Source: Horticoccus luteus (lineage in GTDB: Bacteria; Verrucomicrobiota; Verrucomicrobiia; Opitutales; Opitutaceae). Taken from it: DNA of 32,000 bases. The position numbers and the translations under genes are program-made. The notes under the pieces are model-generated. The model was not told the origin of the DNA. It ran no database searches and was given only the letters and a program-made list of their open reading frames with translations. Of the stretch, positions 24,313 through 32,000 are shown in pieces. The stretch lies in assembly GCF_019464535.1 (NCBI RefSeq), contig NZ_CP080507.1, positions 690,001-722,000 on the forward strand. Direction: 5' to 3'. Within the stretch, counting starts at the first letter, position 1. Each line of letters begins with the position of its first letter.

Positions 24313-24344
24313 GCTTTCCGGCCGGTGAACGGTAAGGTCTCTGC

Positions 24345-25739
<1,395 letters not shown>

Positions 25740-25793
25740 GGCGCGGCGTGAGAGTCTTGAACAGCTGACGCGCGGCGTGTTTTTATTTTTGCC

Positions 25794-26213
25794 ATGGCCG
25801 TTTTCCAAGCGACGCGCACGCGGTCCACGCATCGGGCCGGGCTGCATGAGATCACGGAAGAGGTCGCGGGCGAATTGGCGCGCAGCGGACTCTCGCAGGG
25901 TATCGTGCAAGTGTTTTGTCCGCACACGAGCTGCAGCCTCGTGATGATGGAGAACGCCGATCCGAGTGCGCGCCGCGATCTCGAAGGCTGGTTCGACCGG
26001 CTGGTGCCCGCGGCCGATCCGAATTTCGAGCACACGGCCGAGGGCCCGGATGACATGCCGAGCCACATCAAGATGGCCCTCACCCGCAGTGGGGAATCGA
26101 TTCCGTTTTGCGACGGGAAACTATTGCTGGGCACGTGGCAGGGAATTTTCTTGTGGGAGCACCGGCGGCATCCTCATCGACGAACGTTCGTCGTCACCGT
26201 GCTGGGCGAGTGA
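25794..26213 (+). CDS. yjbQ: YjbQ/UPF0047 family protein (secondary thiamine-phosphate synthase-like)
   Basis: The protein is 139 aa and contains HTSCSLVMMENADP, PDDMPSHIKMAL and DGKLLLGTWQGIFLWEHR, which are characteristic of the family. Confidence 0.85.
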   Translation: MAVFQATRTRSTHRAGLHEITEEVAGELARSGLSQGIVQVFCPHTSCSLVMMENADPSARRDLEGWFDRLVPAADPNFEHTAEGPDDMPSHIKMALTRSGESIPFCDGKLLLGTWQGIFLWEHRRHPHRRTFVVTVLGE

Positions 26214-26280
26214 ACGCGCACGATGCTTGCGATTGCCATCGGGGTCTGAACGGAAAAACTGAGGACCAGCCCCTCAAACC

Positions 26281-28617
26281 ATGCGTCGCGTTTCCCGTTT
26301 CCTGTGGCTGATCGTTCTGTTCCTCGTCGCGGTGATCGGGATGAGCGTGGTGCCACGATCAGTTCTGCGAAACGGATGGGCTGTTCGTGCGCCGAGTCAG
26401 CCCGTGGCCGAGGTCGCACCACACAAGATCACTCCATCGCTAGCGAAGAACGGAGCGGCCGGGTTTGGTGCACGCGCCTTGTTTGCCTATACGGCGGCGC
26501 CGTCCAACGCTGCGCAGTTGGAAAAGGAAGATCCCGCCCCGGCGAAATGGCTCCGTTACGTGGAGCTCAATCCGGCGATGGTGCGTGGCAAGCAAGCGCC
26601 CTTTTGGAAAGGCCCGGCCGAGCGGAGGCTCACGATTCCGCTGCCCGATGGGCGGCAACTATCCGTGCAGCTCGATCCCGCCCGCATGCGGGGCGCACAG
26701 CACTTCGTAGCAACGGGAGCCATCGAGGGGCGCGAAGGCAGTCGCGTCATCTTCGCTTCGGTGGACGGCATTATGCAGGCTTCGGTGCGCGACCCCGAAC
26801 TCGGAACGTTCACCCTGCGGCAATACGCTGATGGCACGACGCAGTTCTTCGAAGTCGACGAGGGCCTCATCCCCGCGTGCGGCGGCGATCCGTTGCCGCG
26901 ACCGCTGATCGCGGCGGGCATGCCACGGGCCTCGCGGCGGCCGACCGCCGCCGCCGCCGGAGGGGCGAACGACGTTTTGGGGGAGGGAGGGGAAACTCAT
27001 TTTCCCGAGGGCAGCGCCGTTGATACGCCGGTCGTGCAGGTGATGATGCTGTATTCACAGGCGGTGCTGACGAGCACTGTCACCCCGTCGGTCGTGCAGG
27101 GCGTGTTCGACATTGGAATCCAGAAGGTGAACGACGCGATGGCATTCAGTCATGTGAACGCGCGCGTCGAGTTAGTGCGTGTGGCGCAGGTCGCTTATAA
27201 CGAGACGGCGAGCGCGTCGAGCAAGGTGCAGAGCGATGCCCTCGCAGCCCTGCGAGCGCCCGGCGACGGACAGATGGACGAGATTCATGACTGGCGAAAC
27301 GAGGCCGGCGCCGACTTGGTGTGCCTCGCGTTGCGGCGGGCGGATGCCAGCAGCAGCGGACTCGGCTATCTGCTCCAGACGGCGGGTGATAACGACAATG
27401 CTGATTTCGCGTTCTCGGTCGTCCAATACGATTACATCGGCAGTTCCGACGTGGTGCCGCATGAACTCGGGCATAATTTCGGTTGCGCGCATGATCGTGA
27501 AAACGCCGATCACGCGGGGGCGTTCAGCTACAGTTACGGTTATCGATTCTACGGGGCGAACTCGAAGCAATACCGCACGATCATGGCGTATGCGCCCGGG
27601 TCCGGCGTGGGATTCTATTCGAATCCGAATATCAACGCGCCCGCGCCGATCGCGGTGCCGCTCGGGATCGCGCACGGCTTGCCGGGTGAATCGGATAATG
27701 CCGGCACGATCTCGCAAACAGCGTTCGAGGTTTCGCAGTTTCGGTTGCAGCAGCAAAATCCTTCGCTCGGCTCTCTCGTGAATGTTTCCACCCGCGCGTA
27801 TGTCGGGGACGGAGAACAACAATTGATCGGCGGCTTCGTGGTCGCCGGGGCCGACAGCAAACGGATCCTGCTTCGGGCGATCGGTCCGACGCTGGCTGCA
27901 CCCGTCTTTGGCGTGACGGATGCAGAAACGAATCCTTCGCTCACGATTCACCAACTCGGCGTCGCCGGGACGGTGGCCGCGAACGACGACTGGGGATTGC
28001 AAACGCTGCCGGCGGCGGCCTCGGACGTGGTGACGGCGAGTCAAACCGTGGGCGCGTTTGCGCTGCCGAACGGAAGCCGCGATGCGGCGTTGCTCGTCGA
28101 CCTGCCGGCCGGTGGTTACACCGTGAACGTCACAGGCGAGAGCCACGGCGAGGCGCTGGTTGAGGCTTACGAACTCGATGGGGCGGTGGGGAAATTAATA
28201 AATCTTTCCACGCGCGGTTACGTCGAAACGGCGCGGCCGATGATTGGGGGATTCGTCATTCATGGATCGGCGGGCCGCGCGAAACGCGTGCTCATTCGGG
28301 TGCTCGGGCCCACACTGGAAAGCTACGGGGTCGCGAATGCGTTGAACGACCCGTATCTCTCGCTTTACGACGGCGGCGGCCAGTTGTTGTTGAACAATGA
28401 CGACTGGAGCGCGGACGCGCAGGACGTGATCAGCACGCATGCCGAGGAGGCGATTGTCGCGACGGGGCTCATGCCGTTGAACCGCCGCGAGCCCGCGGTG
28501 TTGCTGGATCTCGTCCCAGGCGCCTACACGGTGGTCGTGAAACCGTTTGAGCGGTTGCCGGACCAGCCCGCTCAGCCGGGCGTGGGCATTGTCGAGGTTT
28601 ACGAAATCGATCAGTGA
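26281..28617 (+). CDS. Secreted reprolysin/ADAM-like (M12B-type metzincin) zinc metalloprotease, followed by a tandem pair of the shared C-terminal module
   Basis: The N-terminal signal/anchor is MRRVSRFLWLIVLFLVAVIGMSVV. The zinc site HELGHNFGCAHD (27460-27495) has the form HExxHxxGxxHD. A Met-turn candidate, YRTIMAY, lies downstream. The C-terminal modules start at NVSTR and NLSTR. Confidence 0.85.
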   Translation: MRRVSRFLWLIVLFLVAVIGMSVVPRSVLRNGWAVRAPSQPVAEVAPHKITPSLAKNGAAGFGARALFAYTAAPSNAAQLEKEDPAPAKWLRYVELNPAMVRGKQAPFWKGPAERRLTIPLPDGRQLSVQLDPARMRGAQHFVATGAIEGREGSRVIFASVDGIMQASVRDPELGTFTLRQYADGTTQFFEVDEGLIPACGGDPLPRPLIAAGMPRASRRPTAAAAGGANDVLGEGGETHFPEGSAVDTPVVQVMMLYSQAVLTSTVTPSVVQGVFDIGIQKVNDAMAFSHVNARVELVRVAQVAYNETASASSKVQSDALAALRAPGDGQMDEIHDWRNEAGADLVCLALRRADASSSGLGYLLQTAGDNDNADFAFSVVQYDYIGSSDVVPHELGHNFGCAHDRENADHAGAFSYSYGYRFYGANSKQYRTIMAYAPGSGVGFYSNPNINAPAPIAVPLGIAHGLPGESDNAGTISQTAFEVSQFRLQQQNPSLGSLVNVSTRAYVGDGEQQLIGGFVVAGADSKRILLRAIGPTLAAPVFGVTDAETNPSLTIHQLGVAGTVAANDDWGLQTLPAAASDVVTASQTVGAFALPNGSRDAALLVDLPAGGYTVNVTGESHGEALVEAYELDGAVGKLINLSTRGYVETARPMIGGFVIHGSAGRAKRVLIRVLGPTLESYGVANALNDPYLSLYDGGGQLLLNNDDWSADAQDVISTHAEEAIVATGLMPLNRREPAVLLDLVPGAYTVVVKPFERLPDQPAQPGVGIVEVYEIDQ
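27769..28614 (+). other. Tandem pair of the shared C-terminal module, copies C1 (27769-28191) and C2 (28192-28614)
   Basis: C1 runs GSLVNVSTRAYVGDGEQQLIGGFVVAG...ILLRAIGPTL...NDDW...SRDAALLV...GGYTVNV...EALVEAYE. C2 runs KLINLSTRGYVE...MIGGFVIHG...VLIRVLGPTL...NDDW...GAYTVVV...GIVEVYEIDQ-stop. Confidence 0.75.
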
Positions 28618-28791
28618 CGCCCGGTGCGGCCGAGTTCCACACGAGCGGCCGCCGAGAAGGAGAGCGGAGCCAGCGCGGCATTTTGGCGCGTCGGTGCGGC
28701 GTGGTGGCGCAGGGTGCGTCTTTTCGCTTCGACGGAGGGCGCAAACGCCCTCGGATGCGGTCTGGAATGAAGCCTGCATAGGAGACTTACC

Positions 28792-31395
<2,604 letters not shown>

Positions 31396-31587
31396 TGGGT
31401 CGGGCCCAAGTTGCCCGCGGCGATGCTCGCTCCGCTCCGCGCGATCTCGATGAGCTTTGGGATCGCGCGCGGTTCGCGCGTTCGGCGCGGTGCGAAACGG
31501 CGCGGACGCGAGGCGAATCCTCTGTGCAAACACCGCCCGCTTTGTTGGCGGTCGGGCGACGCAATCGTTCGGACGCGTGGGTTGAGG

Positions 31588-32000
31588 TTACATTTTAAGC
31601 GCGGCGTCGACGATCGTCTGGGCCTCGTGGAGAATTTGTTTCAAATGGGCTCGGTCGCGGAAGCTCTCGGCGTAAATTTTGTAGATGTCTTCGGTGCCGG
31701 AGGGTCGCGCGGCGAACCAGCCCTGCGCGGTCTGCACTTTGACGCCACCGAGCGCGGCGTGGTTGCCCGGCGCGTGAGTCTGTACGCTCGCGATTTTTTC
31801 GCCCGCGAGTTCGGTGAGCGTGATTTGCTCCGCCGACAGGTTCGCCAGCGCCGCTTTCTGTGACGGCGTTGCGGCTGCCTCCACACGATCGTAAACGGGC
31901 TCGCCGAACTCCCGCGTCAGGCCGCGATATAGTTCGCCCGGATTTTGTCCGGTCCGTGCGGTGATCTCGGCGGCGAGCAAACACGGGATGAAGCCATCCT
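31588..32000 (-). CDS. pgm: Phosphoglucomutase (alpha-D-glucose phosphate-specific), C-terminal part; the gene continues beyond the window
   Basis: The C-terminal block GWFAARPSGTEDIYKIYAESFRDRAHLKQILHEAQTIVDAALK closely follows the enterobacterial Pgm C-terminus (GWFAARPSGTED.YKIY.ESF). The frame stays open to the window edge. Confidence 0.85.
   Translation of the reverse strand, partial: DGFIPCLLAAEITARTGQNPGELYRGLTREFGEPVYDRVEAAATPSQKAALANLSAEQITLTELAGEKIASVQTHAPGNHAALGGVKVQTAQGWFAARPSGTEDIYKIYAESFRDRAHLKQILHEAQTIVDAALKM

Noticed and set aside
28626-28653. Inverted repeat gcggccg / cggccgc after the metalloprotease gene, and hairpin gagggcg-caaa-cgccctc (28735-28752) upstream of clpB
   Set aside because: There are no T-runs. 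The stems are short (7 bp) in very GC-rich DNA, where such repeats arise by chance. I recognised no CIRCE or sigma-32-type element.
31396-31587. 192-nt spacer between convergent clpB and pgm with several short GC inverted repeats (for example accgcc / ggcggt at 31532-31552), plus the overlapping 150-aa ORF 31411-31863
   Set aside because: The hairpins are weak and ambiguous. The ORF is antisense to the well-supported pgm 3' end and is Arg-rich. I recognised no tRNA or sRNA structure.

Overview
This is a gene-dense, high-GC bacterial chromosomal window with no rRNA, tRNA, CRISPR array, transposase or integrase that I could recognise. I guess a PVC/Verrucomicrobia-like organism from the protein styles, but I have not verified this.

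Housekeeping genes, in order:
- rpsT (3' part)
- an addB/addA-type helicase-nuclease pair
- a 33-aa bS22-like micro-ORF that is missing from the ORF track
- a CPBP intramembrane protease (minus strand)
- a long-chain polyprenyl diphosphate synthase
- an ECF sigma factor with a putative anti-sigma partner
- fumC
- yjbQ
- clpB
- the 3' end of pgm (minus strand)

The accessory content is the interesting part:
1. A tightly coupled pilM/N/O/P-like operon plus secretin (9.8-14.3 kb) contains no pilin, ATPase or platform gene in the window. It runs, with a 44-nt gap and no terminator, into a 2163-aa secreted protein built of about 17 Ig-like modules.
2. That giant protein, an 881-aa secreted Ig(I-set)-repeat protein (452-3097) and a secreted ADAM/reprolysin-like zinc metalloprotease (26281-28617) are otherwise unrelated. 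All three end in the same tandem pair of about 126-142 aa modules, and I cannot assign the module to a named family. Each module starts with N-[LV]-S-x-R and ends with [LV]-[IV]-E-[VA]-Y-[DE], and each protein stops 1-3 residues after the last motif.

I read this as a candidate cargo tag or surface-anchoring module, possibly linked to the adjacent secretin. A plain substrate-binding domain is the sober alternative.

The many long antisense or out-of-frame ORFs in the track are GC-driven shadow ORFs. All calls come from reading the translations; no database search was possible.
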